This document shows, piece by piece, positions 13,157-27,600 of a stretch of DNA of 64,000 nt. The position numbers and the translations under genes were made by a program. Origin of the DNA: Phoronis australis. Taxonomy: Eukaryota; Animalia; Phoronida. The DNA lies in assembly GCA_002633005.1 (NCBI GenBank), contig NMRA01000188.1, forward strand, positions 356,921 through 420,920, given 5' to 3'. How positions within the stretch are numbered: the first letter of the stretch is position 1; each line of letters starts with the position of its first letter. The notes under the pieces are model-generated. The model saw nothing but the letters and a program-made list of their open reading frames with translations. It was not told the DNA's origin and searched no databases.

Positions 13157-14041
13157 CTGAAACGAAGAGGTACGACCTGATCACCAGATGCCTGAGCTTC
13201 AGAAATGAAAATAACATTGCATAAACCACTTTTCTGGTGAAATCTAGTCAAATAGTGTACCCAGTTCACTGGCAGATAATGGAGGTCGTAAGGGGGGGGG
13301 GTCAATCACACGTTACGAAGAAAAGGCGGTAACGTTTCATTTTGGTTATATGCAGGGATAGTGGCCCTAGGTCGCTCTAGCAATTTGTTATAGCGAGATC
13401 GCATGAAGCTTTATTTACTTGCATCGTCGAACTCGTCACATGCGGTAAAATGAAGACCTGTTGGAATTATTGGACGCCACGTAGCGTTGTGTTAGTTTTA
13501 AAGGGGCTTTATCTGTTTTACGTCTGAAGAACCCATTTGAAGTTACTAGCTTTGACCAGAGCTTAATAAAACAACGTTATCCATTGTGTTTTGTGACTTG
13601 GTTACAAGTCGCCTGTTCTCTCCGTAGAGTGTCCGACACTCGTCGAAATCAAGGTCGTTACATTTACTAGTTAACTACAGTACACGTTTGTCATCTGTCG
13701 ACGTGGAATTCAGCTCCGTACGGTCAACAGAGTGTTACACTGCAATGATGGGGTTAGCAGTCACGAATCCGCTCATATGGGAGTATGATCTTAGAGTGAC
13801 CTGCCGATAGTGTCCCTTTAATAACACACCTTTAGGTCGATTGCTTATGTTCATCAGCAATTTCATTTCCCAGCTTTTGCGTTCCATTTTCATTTGGCCA
13901 ACGATTGTAACCAGAACAGCAACTGAAGTGAATTTTATAAGAATACAAATGCGGTGTTACTTAATCAGTACAGTGTATGTAGTGACCCTGACGCCAAATA
14001 CACATTTGGTTACAAATAAGAACTAAAACTATGTGACTCAC

Positions 14042-14295
14042 CCTGAACTTTTCACCACACTCTCTTTTCATTTGTTCTTTTGCGTTTTTGACGTCATCAG
14101 CCATTTGCCTTTGAGCAGGTAGCCCCATCTTACCACTGAACACTTGAGCTATCCATCGACATTGTAATTCAATAACGGACGTTAGAGATCCATTGCTGGA
14201 AACAATTCCGACAACGGCCAGTGTGTTGTGTTTTGACCGAAGTGGCCAGATGTATTTGTACAAGTTCAGTTCTTGTTGGCGTGTTGTTGGCACAT
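14042..14295 (-). CDS. FMO: FMO exon 5
   Basis: AG acceptor and GTGAGT donor. LYKYIWP...TLAVVG...ELQCRWIAQVFSG...LP. Phase is compatible with both neighbours. Confidence 0.92.
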
Positions 14296-14633
14296 CTGCA
14301 AAACATGGATACAATCCTAAAATCTCTGACAGAATTCAGTCTCTCTTCCTCAATTCATTTCACACTAATCATCGCCGCCTCACCACCTGTGACATTCGTG
14401 ATGGGTTAAAGAATGCTTGCCGCTTTGAGGCGTTGCAACCCGAATATCGCCAGATAGCTTAGTTCGTTAATGGTCATAGCATGATTTCTAAACTGAGAAA
14501 TGAACAAAAAGAGATCGATTTTATAACGGCAAGGGGGCTAAATCAAAGCAGGTTTTGTGACAAAAATCAAGGGTTTTATACCGCTTTCAGAGTGTTCAGG
14601 ATGAGATCTTGGACAGCACATATCAATATTTAC

Positions 14634-15024
14634 CTGACACAACACCATCTTCGATCAGGTCAAAGTTGACTCCGTAACCTGTAGCATAAATCACAGCATC
14701 AAGCTCCTCGATTCTCGTTCCATCATCAAAAAGGGCGCCATCAGCCGTGAGTTGTACTGCATACGATTTCGGAAGAACTTTGCCACAAGCTATTCTCCAA
14801 CCTAACTCGTCATTAACGCAGATGGCAGCTTTGAATACGTTCTCCTCATCGGACTTCAACCCGTAGAGCTCATGGTCCAAGTACTTGTAAGCCTCTTTCT
14901 TGGCGTTGTATCCAAATAGCCACGAGAAAGGTATGGAAAAACGCCTAGCCAATAGATCCTTCGGAATGCCTTTGTCGGCAATTCTCTTCAGCAAGTAGAG
15001 ACCACTGCCAACGCTCAAAATAAC
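14634..15024 (-). CDS. FMO: FMO exon 4
   Basis: AG acceptor and GTAAAT donor. DHELYGL, VNDEL, FDDGT, DAVIYATGY (FATGY motif). Confidence 0.93.
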
Positions 15025-15439
15025 CTGGACAAAACAGGAATATGCGTCACGAATCTGAAGCCGTCACGTAAATTTGCGAAAAATTGCATAGGAATTCTTA
15101 AGCTGTCAGGGTCAACTTTGTAAGAGATTAAGGAACTCAAGAAGACTTCAACAAACGAGCACGGGTTAAGTCAGTAAATGTCCAAACACACGGATATACA
15201 GCTTGCCTCAAGTAAGATGTTTAGACTAACCACATCTTTAACTTTCGTGCGTATTGAACGGACACTAAACTCTGTTTTGATGATTTCAACCAATCCTCAT
15301 TCTGTCACCTGCTTGTGCATCATTGGTGTCCAATTTGAGTGGCAAGAGCAAGGCAGAGCGTTGAAATGCGCCAACGACTGCACAGAATGGTGTGCTGGCA
15401 CAGAATACATTGAACCCATCCAAAATTAATGGGAAAGTA

Positions 15440-16900
15440 TCGTCGTCTCTCAAAACTATTTATCAAATTTCATGAAAATACATCAAAGAAATCTCAATAT
15501 ACAAAGGCAAACGAAAAAACAAGCTGCCATTAGGAACGACTGCGGTAGCCGAATCTGCCCGTCCGGTGTCAAGTCAATAGGAATACAACTGCAAAATTTC
15601 AAAAAACATCTTGCAAGGGTAGACGCGAAATAATGTCACTTGGGGCACCACAGTAGTTGGACCCGTTTGAAAATCCACGTCAATCATGCTCTTGTCTGTA
15701 GGAACACATCTGCCACTTTTCATAATGGTCCTCTGCTCAGTTTAGTAGATGTAGAAGACAAAAACAGGCAAAATCAATAAAGAAGGCCACTGGTTGGTGC
15801 AGAATGCGCCAAATTCATCACAAAAAGGAAAGTTGCTGCTGTTTTCATAATAGAAATTTGTTTGCCTAATTTCATAAAAAACATCAAGCAACTCTGAAGT
15901 TACAGAGCCATAAAAAATAAAGTCGCGACTATGGAGCACAGCTATAGTTAAATTGGTCTGAAACTCGCCATCAGCTGTTGCTATCTCCATAGCAACATCT
16001 GCTATATTTCAGCAATGAGATGGCCCAGGGGAAATGAGATACAGCCTTGGACTCAAAAAGCTGCCACTACGGGGTGGCCGAGTAACTGAAAACGTACGTC
16101 CGAAAATCAACGTCAGCCTCGGTCTTCTCATTGTGAACACATCTCCAAATTATAACAACCCTTCAAGCGGTTTGGTGGATGCAGAGGGTGGTGTCAAAGT
16201 GTTCTCAAAAAATTAAAATGGCATCCGGGTGGCTGAGAATATGTCAAATCCGCCCGAATATGACAAGGCATTGTCGTTTCCTTAAAAAACCTATTTGCAG
16301 AGTTTCACGATAATAAAAGCAGCCGTTATACGTATGATCTATACGAAAAAGGAAACCTGTTGACTCTTTAATAGAAACTTGTTTATTAAATTTCATAAAA
16401 AATTTGCCAAAGAGTTTCAAAGATACTGTACACCCGACAACAAAAAATGAAACTGCCTCTAGGGGGGTCCAGCGGTAGTCGGATCCATCCTAATGTCGTC
16501 GTTGTCCGTTGTCAATTTCATAGAGTGGTTTGGTTGACATAGGGGCGGACGCCAAAAACAGACCAGAAAACAGCAAACATGGCCACTAGATGGCGTAAAA
16601 TTTGTCAAATCCCTCCGAAAACAGAAACACGTCATCGCTTTTTTAATAGAAAGCTTTTTACGAAGTTTCATAAAAATCCTTCAAGGAACTTCTGTGAAAC
16701 AGGGGGAAGGGAAACAATGAAACTGCCACAAGGGGCACAAGCTTTCGTTGGATCAGTCCGAAAGACGTCGTCGTCCGATGTCAACTTCATATAAATACAG
16801 TTGGTAAATTTAATAAAGACCTTGCAAATAGTTTAGGAGATGCATCCATGGGCGCAAAAACAAAACTGCCACTAGGAGACGCCTCAGTAGTCAGTAGTGC
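15440..16900. repeat. Degenerate interspersed repeat array in FMO intron 3
   Basis: Recurrent motifs AAA/GTTTCAT.AAAA and CTGCCACTAG spaced 150-350 bp apart. A related piece lies at about 46260-46440. Confidence 0.4.
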
Positions 16901-17525
16901 TTATGTACACATATACACATATACAAACAGATCTATATCACGTCTGTGTACGTGTGCTTGCATAGATTCTGTGTATTTCCCATGTCAGGTTCCAAATTGA
17001 CCAATCGCAAGCTCCGCCTCCTTCCGAAAAGTCACGTGACACCCGACAAACAAGAAAAACGTGGCAAATACTGAGTCGCTAAACGACGTTCCTGGTGCAA
17101 TTGATGGGTGTTTTTTGTACTTTCCTAAAACGTTTTGACAAAGGCAACACTCGGTACTTTTTAGTTGAGCGTCGTACGTTCATGACTTGGAAATTTGTAG
17201 AGCTGCGACGATGAAAAAAGTGTTCGAGGAAAAGTATTTCGGAGCCAGCGAAAACTGACAAGGCCGCTGATACGACATGTTTAGGTGAAGAGGGGTATCA
17301 AGTCGAGTTATCTGTACGATGCCATAGATTTCAGGATATTTCGAACAAAATCAGTAAAGATTCGCCGATATATTTATTCTGCCGTCTGCTAAATTCCGCC
17401 AAATGAAAAGTAGGTCACAACAGATAGTATTCTCCGAGTAAGGAGGTCTAGTCGATAGCACTGTTTGTACTTTTCTGATTTCGAGCAAAATATTTTGATT
17501 AAAAAATCAGATCGGTTACACAGAC

Positions 17526-18230
17526 GTGCTTGTTCGGCTCCTGGTGCACCACTTTGATAAAATGAAATGTTCACAGCTTTGGATGAAATCAGGCACTACG
17601 AAGAAAGCCTCGTACATACCAAATCTTGAGATATACCGCAAAATGTCCAATTCCATAGTTGCAAGCCTACCAACGTTTCATGCAATTACAGGTTGTGACA
17701 CAGTTTCCCAGCTTCACGGACACGAAATAATGTCACCTGGAAAGTGTTTATGGAATACCATGCTCTCTTAGAAGAACTCGGGAGGAAAATACTTACACCA
17801 CAGGCGGCATCTCAAGCTGAAGAGTTTGTGTGCCATATTGATGGTGAGCACAATCAAGCTGCCTGCAATAGAGCTGTGTGTCGCCTTATTTGGCAAAGGT
17901 ATCTTGCATTAGTCTTTGCTGCCGTCGTCTGACGCTGTCCAGTGGCACATACAAAGAGCTAACTACCAGGCAACTGTTTGTAGACAGGGAGACAAGAGCA
18001 CTCAAGAACTCCTAGACATTGCTCATTCTAGTTTGATAGTTGTAGGCGAGCTCACAATACCTTTGTTGATGACACTATAACCAATTCCACATTCCTAAAT
18101 AGAACTATCAACATGTATAGGCACCAAGGGCTGTTCTAGCGTACGATGTGGTTGTTTACAAGTTGGACTCTGGTGCACTGATGCGTGCAAGTATATGGAC
18201 TCTCCGACATGTTGCCAGAATGCCAGTGAT
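17526..18230 (+). mobile_element. Academ-type transposase C-terminal remnant
   Basis: LPTFHAITGCDTVSQLHGH; LLPSSDAVQWHIQRANYQA; CXC-like tail C..TKGCSSVRCGCLQVGLWCTDACK. Frameshifted. Confidence 0.7.
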
Positions 18231-19211
18231 TGAGAAGTGATTGACTTGTTTATTACTATAACTTTCGAAGTTTTTACTGTTGCCCTTTGTCAAATGCCGT
18301 TAACCTGTAAGCTAATCTCATAATAATGGTAATGAATGGAGAAGAATTCGACTCTGGCACTTTAACTCAGAAAGCAAGATCGCTCCATGAGGAACCACAT
18401 TTGTCACGCTTTCTTTATTACGTGATGCTCAAAGAATTTTTTTACGGAAAATATTCTGTTTGACATGTTACATCCTTAATAAAAAACATGTTTTTATAGC
18501 AAACAATGTTTGTGTAGCTGTAATAAAAATGAAAATGAAATAGGAGTGGTTTGCCTCTGCTGGTAATCCATTGCAACTGACATTTTCATGAGTTCAAATC
18601 ATAACACATCTTTAAAATTCAAACTTTGAGCACAATCGTGATATCCAATCACTAAAATAGTGCTTAAAATGATCTTCGGTGCATGAGAACCTAATATATT
18701 GACATATGGCTCGGGAGCTACGAATACTTCTTAAGGCATTACAATTTGACGATGGCAGCTGGCGGCCATCTTAGATTTATCGACGACGTAAGCAAAAATC
18801 ATTTTGCCATACAATGTTATGCCTGAAACACTCCATAACTAATCTGAATTTATGTGTAAAGATGCCCTGAAATATTTGAGCTCACTATATTTCACTGTAT
18901 TTCCAAAGCAACATGTGCAACATAATGTGACCTTGACCTAGACGTTTTCGAGTGACCTTGAACTCCAATCACAAAAATAGTATCAGAATCTATTTCATCA
19001 TGCCTGAAAACCTGTAGTTTGATGTACCATACTCATTTAAAAAGGCATTAATTGGGACTTGCCAATTTCAGTCAATATGGCCCATTTATTGCCAAATTGG
19101 ATCTTGACTAAATATCGTGGGACACACGCTTGGCTGTTGACATAAACTTGCATCCACACCAAAATTTAACTAATTAAACGGAATGAATTGCAAATCTTAT
19201 CGCAAACTTAC

Positions 19212-19267
19212 CGTCTTAGCATGGCGACTGATATCCACGGCTACGTCTCCTGCTGAATTGGCATTGC
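19212..19267 (-). CDS. FMO: FMO exon 3 (56 nt, NADPH-binding motif); not in the ORF track
   Basis: CAG acceptor and GTAAGT donor. Encodes (G)NANSAGDVAVDISRHAKT in the correct phase. Confidence 0.9.
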
Positions 19268-20080
19268 CTGTAAACGGACAGGAGATGAAAGTTTCAATGG
19301 AAAATACCAGTGAAACACTGTCAGTTAGCGCCATGTACAGTACAGTGTTGAAATGTCGAAACTGTTCTTCTCAGACAACAGAGACCGCGGGTGCATGGAA
19401 CAGTCAAGTTAGGGACTCAGCTATGCTCCCAAAAGTAAATTTTCCGCATTGTAGACTTTGTCCTACTGTTATATTTTTCGAACATGTTATTTTGGTTGTG
19501 AGCTCTTTTTTATTTTGACACTCTCTAATAATGTATTTGAAAACATATTTTAACGGAAACCCATCAGGACTCCGTCCTTGCATCAGAGGTAATTCACGAA
19601 AATTTCCTAATTTACAATATGAATTCAGCGTATAATTTACTCTTGGCATGTACCTAAACTGCAACTTAACGAAGCAATGATAAAATGTCAGAAAAAGATC
19701 AAACAGTGTTTGCACAGCCCACAAATGCTTTGAAAATTTAAGGAAAATTGCCGGCTTAGACTCTGGGATTGCTTCATACAACCAGTTACAACGGAATTTT
19801 TGAAGCTTTGTGAAACCAATATTTAAAATCTTGCTTTGGAACTTAGTGGAAGATTCTCTGGTTCTTTTGGTTTTTAGCTTAAAATCCATTGGCTACATGG
19901 TACATGACCCAAGTCGTCATTGCCAGCGACAAATATTACTTTTTTGAAGACACGGTCGCAAACAACCCCCGCTTTTAGTTTCCCGTTTGCGTACTGGGCG
20001 GTCTCTCGCAACTTTCATTGCGTGGGCCTTTTTGTCACAGGACGATGGAAATTCGTGAAGGTCACAACTAGGGGCCTTAC

Positions 20081-20548
20081 CGATAACTAAAACTCGCTTA
20101 TTCTTAAAGGATTCGCCGCAGCGGAAGTCGCGGCTGTGCATCTGCTCTCCTCGAAACACGTTTTTTCCATCGATGAAAGGTGTAATAGGAATTTTGTTGT
20201 TTCCGATGGCCAAAATAACACGAGGAAATGTCTCTTTGTTTATTGACACGTCAGTTCCATCAGACCATTTCAAAGTCAGGTCCCAGTTTCCGCTAATTTC
20301 GTGGTCGGCGGATTTTTCTATTTTCAGTACTTCTGTATTTAGCTGAAAGTAGTCTTTCAGCCGGAAGTGTTTGGCATAACTTTCCAGATATTCATACATC
20401 AGATAGTGTGGCAGGTATGGCGGGTAGCTCTTTGGCATGGGGAAGTCGCTGAATTCCGTCCTGCACTTGCTGCTGTTGGTTACCAACGATGGGTAAAGGG
20501 CAGCCCCTTGGTTTGGTCGACAGGCATCTGAATAGTACCACACACCAC
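20081..20548 (-). CDS. FMO: FMO exon 2
   Basis: CAG acceptor and GTAAGG donor. GGVWYY, Y.SLVTNSSK, FSDFPMP, and the FMO fingerprint FRGEQMHSRDF (FxGxxxHxxxF). Confidence 0.95.
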
Positions 20549-21669
20549 CTGGAAATAATTTAAATCAATAAGACATTTCACTCCTTGTAATTAAAGTAGG
20601 CCTATTCTTATTTTAATTATTAATTGCGTACATATTTGGTATTGGATCAATTAAAAATGAGGGTGACCACTTCCCTGTTTTCCGAACGATCCCTCCTTGA
20701 GCAGACAGTAAAATCTAACAATCGCAAACCGGCGTTTACATGAGTGAGAACATAGACATCGGGATAAACACTATACCTTGGCAACGTCCACAGCTACGTT
20801 TTCATATCGAAACGCATTTTTTCCTTTTCAAAATGGTTACCCTTCCCATTCACAGGTGGGCCTATACAGTGAAACTGGCAGTTAATCATCTAACGCAACT
20901 TTTTGAAAAATGACTACACAGAAGAATGTGTTTTTGCAAATTTCATTTTTTCTGTGACCCTACTCGTGGGTATTAAACTTATCTTTGTGTAACTTTGAGG
21001 TCACGTCATCAAGTCAAAGTCTACTAGTAAATATGCTTAATCAGTGTTTGTTGTCGTACAGTATCAACACGTTCGTGTGGACGGAAAAGATGAGAAAACT
21101 CACGTCTTGACTAAAACCTTTAAAAATTGACACAAAAAGTCGCATTTCCAAGTGAAAACGTAATACCGTGGACACAGGCTTTAGTTGATCGAAAACGCCG
21201 CGAGAAAAAATGATCCATGTAATGCCTGCGGGCAATTTTGCATGCGCAAGAAATCCACATGAAGTTTTTTAATACCAGGGCGTTGTTTTCGGTATAGTCT
21301 AGGTACAACATTCAGTGTATCGAATAGCCGTAGCATCACTCATTTTTGCATGTAAAAGTGTAAAAATTACACATGGGTTCAAAAAGTTAGATCCCTTCGA
21401 AGTAGTAAACCTTTGGAATGGCGAACCGAATGGTAAGTAGTGGGGTGTTCCCAATCCCAAGTTCACGTAAGCAACTAAAGTAACACGCAAAAACATAATT
21501 AGATAAAAAATCATCAGGTTTTATGATCTCCGACTAAAATTTCTGTCCAAGTAGGTGTAATCACTCATTTAAGCGTGCCTGGTTTGAAAATTGGACAGGA
21601 CGTAACGAGAGAACGTTTTGGACCACATTACATCCGAATTGAGTCCCGTTATTTGCGAGCAGCCGCCAC

Positions 21670-22110
21670 GGCATCGTCACCTCTGGTATTACTAATTCCA
21701 TCTCGTCTCAAAAACACAGAGCTGAGAGTCATCGTTGTGTATACAAACATCCCTATTAAGCTGCGTAACCTGAAGTCCCTAATGAAAACTCCACAGTGTC
21801 GAAGTTTGCAAAATATCAAATGTCCACTGTTCATGAAATTCGAGCAACGCAATGCTAGCTATGGGCCTGGAGCTACTCTTCGTGGTCTGTAACACTTTGA
21901 GATTCCTCGCCTTGTCAATATCATTTCTCTGCCGTTGTACACCTTTACAGCTAAAATGAGATTTACCGTCGTCCTTCTCCACGTGCTTTTTAGAGCAAAG
22001 TACTATGCAGTAGTCCCCTTCGAATTCCAACATCAATAAAACAGGTGTGCGCGTGTCGTAGGCCTCGTTTTCTTCCGTTGATCTGTTTGTCTCGAAAGCT
22101 TCTCGTACGT
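21670..22110 (-). mobile_element. Polinton/Maverick-type DNA polymerase B C-terminal remnant
   Basis: YDTRTPVLLMLEFEGDYCIVLCSKKH...FSCKGVQRQRNDI...LKVL.T, then RDFR...GMFVY...DGIS in another frame. This resembles the RTPGLFKxExxG...LCSKxY...KGV motifs of protein-primed polB. Confidence 0.65.
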
Positions 22111-24678
22111 TATGCACGGGCACACTTGTCACTAGTACTACTAATAGTAGGTAGGAGCGGAGAAATACAGTCAATGGTCCTAAACACGAGGCTCAGCGTA
22201 CTTCAAAGATTTAAAGCTGAGTCACTTTACCCAAACTGATGATTTCTTATGCACGGTTAGATGGGTTGGATTGTTACTCAGGCAATAGTCGCTGGCAATC
22301 CGCATTTTGTCAAGCAGTTCTAACGCCTGCTATTGTAATTCAGTGAAACACAGGCTCCTGCTATTCAATGGAAACCAATGGTTCTCAAACTAAGGGAGCC
22401 CTGTATTACTATAATATTACCATTTGCCATAATGTTTTGCTCAGTGTTTTGAGCAACATGCAGGTGTTTCATTCTTGTGGTTATGATCTATATAATACAG
22501 CAGTGATTTTAGTCAACATTTTGGCCTCTTTGAACAGTTTTTCAAAATAGCAAATTTGACTCTTATTGAGGGGACCTCGTCGCGGCAAGATTTGGGCAGT
22601 GTGAAATGCTTCAGAACATTCGCACTGGCAAACACCCTCACGTTCACTCAAAATTAAAAACCGTGACGTCATTAATGTGTTTCTAGAAATATTACACTCA
22701 TAGGTTACAAAACACACAGCATACCAAAACAATTTCGAGTTTGATTTGGATTGAAGGCTTCACTATAAAGGTGACTGTATTCCCAAAACATTACCCTTTT
22801 CAGGGTTTTAAATCATACAAAAGTTCGAGCTAGAATCTCTTAAGCCCAAAAAGCCTTTAAATACAACGCGGAGAAAAAGAAAACATCTTTACTAGAATGA
22901 ACTCTTTTTAAGTTCCTTATCCTCAAAGTGAGCCAATTTTTCAAGGTGCTATTAAGCCAACCTCTCTTTACAACCGTCATGCACCGTTATGAGATTAGTC
23001 TCGTACAAACAATGTTGTTTTGGCCAAAATAATAGCAAGAGTCTAATCGCAAGCGCTCACTGGAAGATTGGCATATCCAGCTGCTGGATTTGGATACTAG
23101 TGTCCGAAGTTAATCCTAATGTATGTGATCGTGATTTCTATACACTTGATCTCGTGCTGTTCCTTGCTCAGATTATACATGTATGTGGTATCTTGGCCTT
23201 GGTTGAATTGATAGCTTGTAACTGTTTAAGACCAGGCGCAATAACCTGACTTGACAGGGCGGGTCAAAATGCACCAAACATGGCTTTAAGTAATAACAAA
23301 GTTTCAGTTCTTCCAAGTCAACTCAGGGATATATGTAGGGCTTGAAATTTTTCTCGTTTAAGAGGATTTTCTAGTGTTTGTTTTGATTTTCTTATATTTG
23401 ATTTCCAGCTTCCTCTATTTATCATTACTTTGACTTGATTCATGCAAAAACATCTATTTCAGTTAAATTTTACAACACAAAAAATAAAATATTTCTATCA
23501 CATAAGCCTATTTATTTGTGGAACTATACATCACTTGGAAAATTTTCTTCTTTTTGTCATTAGTCATTCCAATCTCTGTATTTAGTGGTAAGTTCTGAAA
23601 TTAATTGTTTTGTACTTTCCAAGATGTTCTATTCACATTGTTAGGGATAGGGATGGGGTTCGTTTCACCCTGCTCGTTCTTTTAGAGTACCCTTCTAAAA
23701 CCATTCCAGGGGATGCTCCCACAGGTTTTAACAGGACATGACACACAGCTGGGCGATTTTTCTCAGACTACTTATCTACAAAATGGCGATTGAAATAATC
23801 TGAAATAATCACTGCCAAAGCAAACTTTTCCCATGAATACAACAGGTTTCACTCTGGGAGTTAAAAACACTTCTTAAAGCTTAATGGGTGAAAAGACAAC
23901 TGTCCAAGAATTGCTAAAAAAAAAGATTAAGTAAGTGGGGGCATTAACCCTTATAAAAGGTTGTGCATTTGGAAAAATTAGGCTACATTTTCATTGAACT
24001 CCAAACCTCGGACAACAATCCTTTGTTCATTTGAGTCCAAACCAAAGGTTTTTAGCCAGAGTCTAAATGGGTGGTTATTCTTATAGTACTAGATTATGCA
24101 CAAAACTAAAGCTTGGGACACCTGCCGGTATTTTCGTTGCTACACATTTACTCTCGGGACATCGAGAGCACCTGTGCTGTTTTTATTTTCCTATTTACAA
24201 ATTTCCCTTCGGAACACTTCGAGTACATGTATTTTCGTAGCCTCAAATATCCTCTCGGAGATGAACTGTATCCAAAATATGGCAAGTCATGTGATTTTCA
24301 ATCTTGAGAATAACAGGCTAACTAAAGTCCGCACATGCACAGACAGCGTTCACCTATTAGGTGAAATATCAGTTTACGGCAAAAAACCCAAGCTGTTCTG
24401 GATGCCCTTGGAGATAAATGTTTTCAGTGCATGCTCGAACTTTTGGTCATTGTGGCCAATCATTCTCCACTGAGTTTGAAAGTCACGCAGGTTAAATTCA
24501 CCTCAAAGGAGAAATCTGAGTTTCCGAATATACCCAAGGTGGTATGCATGGCTTGGGATCCTCGCCAATCCTTATCATACCATACACCATCGGCCAACGA
24601 GTAATAATAATTGACGTCTTGTTCCACCAAACACAATGGAGAATGACCAATGGTGCGACTGGTTGTCCTAATTTAGTT

Positions 24679-27600
24679 GAGTCGAAAAAATGGCCCCCGT
24701 GCACCCCCCGGACTTCAACACTTTAAGTCCATTTTTGCCAAGGGAAACAAGTGTGAAAACCGAAAAAATAAGTTAACAAGCCGAAAAAGTGTCCCACATG
24801 CGTTTTTTTCATGCAAATTAGTGTCGCCATTACCGATTTTTCGTTATCTAATGACAGAGGACTTTGTTTATTCCTGTAATTGAAGAAATCAAGTGTGAAA
24901 ACTGATATTTTGAGTTTCAAGCATTACGAAGGAATAATTACTTCATAATATATTGCATCTGATTTGCATTATACGATTATTCATAATCAATACTACACTA
25001 AAGTGTAGATAAGCCAATACAAACACTAAAATATTGTGCAACTTTCAGTGCTTATATAGTCAAATTTTTAGCGAACCGTATTTCAACAATTTCGTTTTAG
25101 TATTTCAAGGAAAAAATACAGGGAAATTATAACAGAAATGTGGGCAGTCATTAGGTGCTGATGTCACTGCTTACATGTTCCATCACTCCTCGTCACGTTC
25201 ATCGCTTTCCGTGAAACTGCCATACAACTCGTCACTTTCCTCTTCCACTTCACAAACATCGATGAGCAAGATATCAATCAGTGAGTTTGGCAAGATAGGA
25301 CCACACGGCAACACATATTCTAACACTTCTTCGTCAGTCAGCATCCACCCTCGTCCTTCGTCATATGGTTTCGGCGCGCTTGTACAAAGCGACACGGTGA
25401 TTTACTCGTTGGATGTGAGGTTTCCGGGCAGCCAGACACGGTAGAAGTCAAGCAAGGTCAACCGTGGACTTGTGAGAATTTCATCTTCACCGACCACGTT
25501 GCGCAACATCTTGGTACGAGTAGCATCTATCAATTACTCACGACTCACACATGAGGCAAGTAAATTCCTCCATCCCTTTCAATTCTTCAGAACGTACAAC
25601 CCAATCAACGCCAGGTTGGCTGAATGTTGGGCGAAACTTTGAATTCTTTTCCAGTTTTTTTAAAGGGTTCAGTCTTTCCTTTATCTTTAAAATCACTGGT
25701 GCAATCTTCTCCAGTGTATTTATAAAACCCACACTAACCTGTTCCCAAGGATTTTTGTCCAGGTCGGGGAGATTCAGTAGTCGCCGATGTTTTTCAAACT
25801 CTGTATCTAGATATACCACTCAACTTTATGGCGCAAGTATGATGCAGCAGAATTACAAAGCAGAATTTAGTGTCATGGGATCTGACACGGCTTTTCTGTA
25901 CCCAAGTGAGACAACGTACTAGAGGTACAAAACGATTCTTGTGTCAGTCTCTCATTGGTTGCAGTAGATATGTGGGTGCTCCTGAGTATGAACTACAACA
26001 TCAGATTAATTTACTGTGTGACATCGCAGATTATTTTAAAGTAAAAAATACTCAGAAAATTATGTTCAGAGAAAGATTGTGGACTGTCCTAGCAATCGGA
26101 TGTAACTGGCTTCTCACCACTCTAGACTAACAGTAACAGTTGACAGAGTTGTGTTTTGTTGTCATCGTTTGCAAGAAAGGTTTTGAAGTCGTGCGGTTTC
26201 ATGTATGTGGTCCACCCACGATTATATTCTCTGAACTGCTACCTTAGAACCATTCCTGGGCTTTGATAAATTCAGGGAGATAGCGGACAGTTAATAAGAA
26301 CATGAAGTGCTTCTTCTACGCCATCTTCTCAAGTATTTGTAAATAGATCTCACCACATATTGTAGGGAGATTAGCTAACGTGTGGAGAAGTGTCATGCCA
26401 TCATGGATAAGTGGAGCATGCTCAGAAAAGTCTTCTGGAGCAATGTTTTCCAGAAGAATGCAAAAGGGAGGATGTGTTGGTCTTGGAAAAAGGGCCATCT
26501 GTTGTTCCAAGATGGAGATTCTACTTGAAGACTTCGTTGTCGGTTGCGACCTGTTAATGACTAGCATTGCTTTATCTTTGGAAGTTTCAAAACCAGGCTT
26601 TACCTCTTGAATCGTGATTCGTCAAGCACTGTTGACGATGTTGCTGCCATGTACATTCGTGGTCATTTTATTCAAACTGTCTCACTCACCACAGGATACG
26701 TTGTTACCCTCACGTGTGAGGAATAAGATGAATTGACACATCCCATCACGTTTGCCAAAGCGGTATAAAAACCTAAGACGGTCATAGCTCTCCGGGTGAC
26801 CCGGCCAGTTTGTGCAATATTAGGCTGCTTGCTTCAAAACAATTTTTGATGGCCACACAAAGAAGTTCGCGTTTGACGGTAACTTCCACTTTCCGTCTGT
26901 GATATCTTGTCCAATAGAGGAAATCAGTCTCTTGAATTTTTCACTCGTCATCAGCAAACGGAGAAATCGAATGAGTTGTGGAGGCAAAAGTTCTTAAATA
27001 TCAAGTTCAACGTAATATTGGCTGTTAATGACCACGGTAGTTCTGAAGGCTGTTTGCATGCCATCGGAATGTCATCTCAAAGACGTTTACCAGTACTTCC
27101 TAAACAATATGCTTGTGCCAAAGCAGATGAAAGGTTATACTTGATCTATGAAACAGCCAAAATGATTGTGTGACCTCTGTCAATTTTTGTGAAGTTGACT
27201 AGGTTTGCAATGAACCTGTCTTAAAACAACAATCAATAGCTTCTCAGAACGGTACCTAGGATTCCCATGCCCGTTCCTCAACTTAAAGCAAACGGAAGGA
27301 AGACACCTTGACTGCATCATTTTGTTGGACGATGCGAGTTTTAAGCTGCGGCAGTCTTTTGCATTCCTGTTCCTCTCACATTGCGTAATGCTGTAAAATT
27401 GTCATGCTCCCTTACAGAATCTAAACGAAGAATGCATAGGGGTAGAAACTGGTCTTTCGCTTCATTTGCTAAGTTTCGACCTGGTTTTATATAGGCATGA
27501 CGTTTGCATCTGTCTGGATAGCTGCCTTAGTTTCGAACGCAGTCTGATTTCCCTGTCCCCCACATTGGATTCGCTCTGATTGACAGGTCAATAACCGAAT

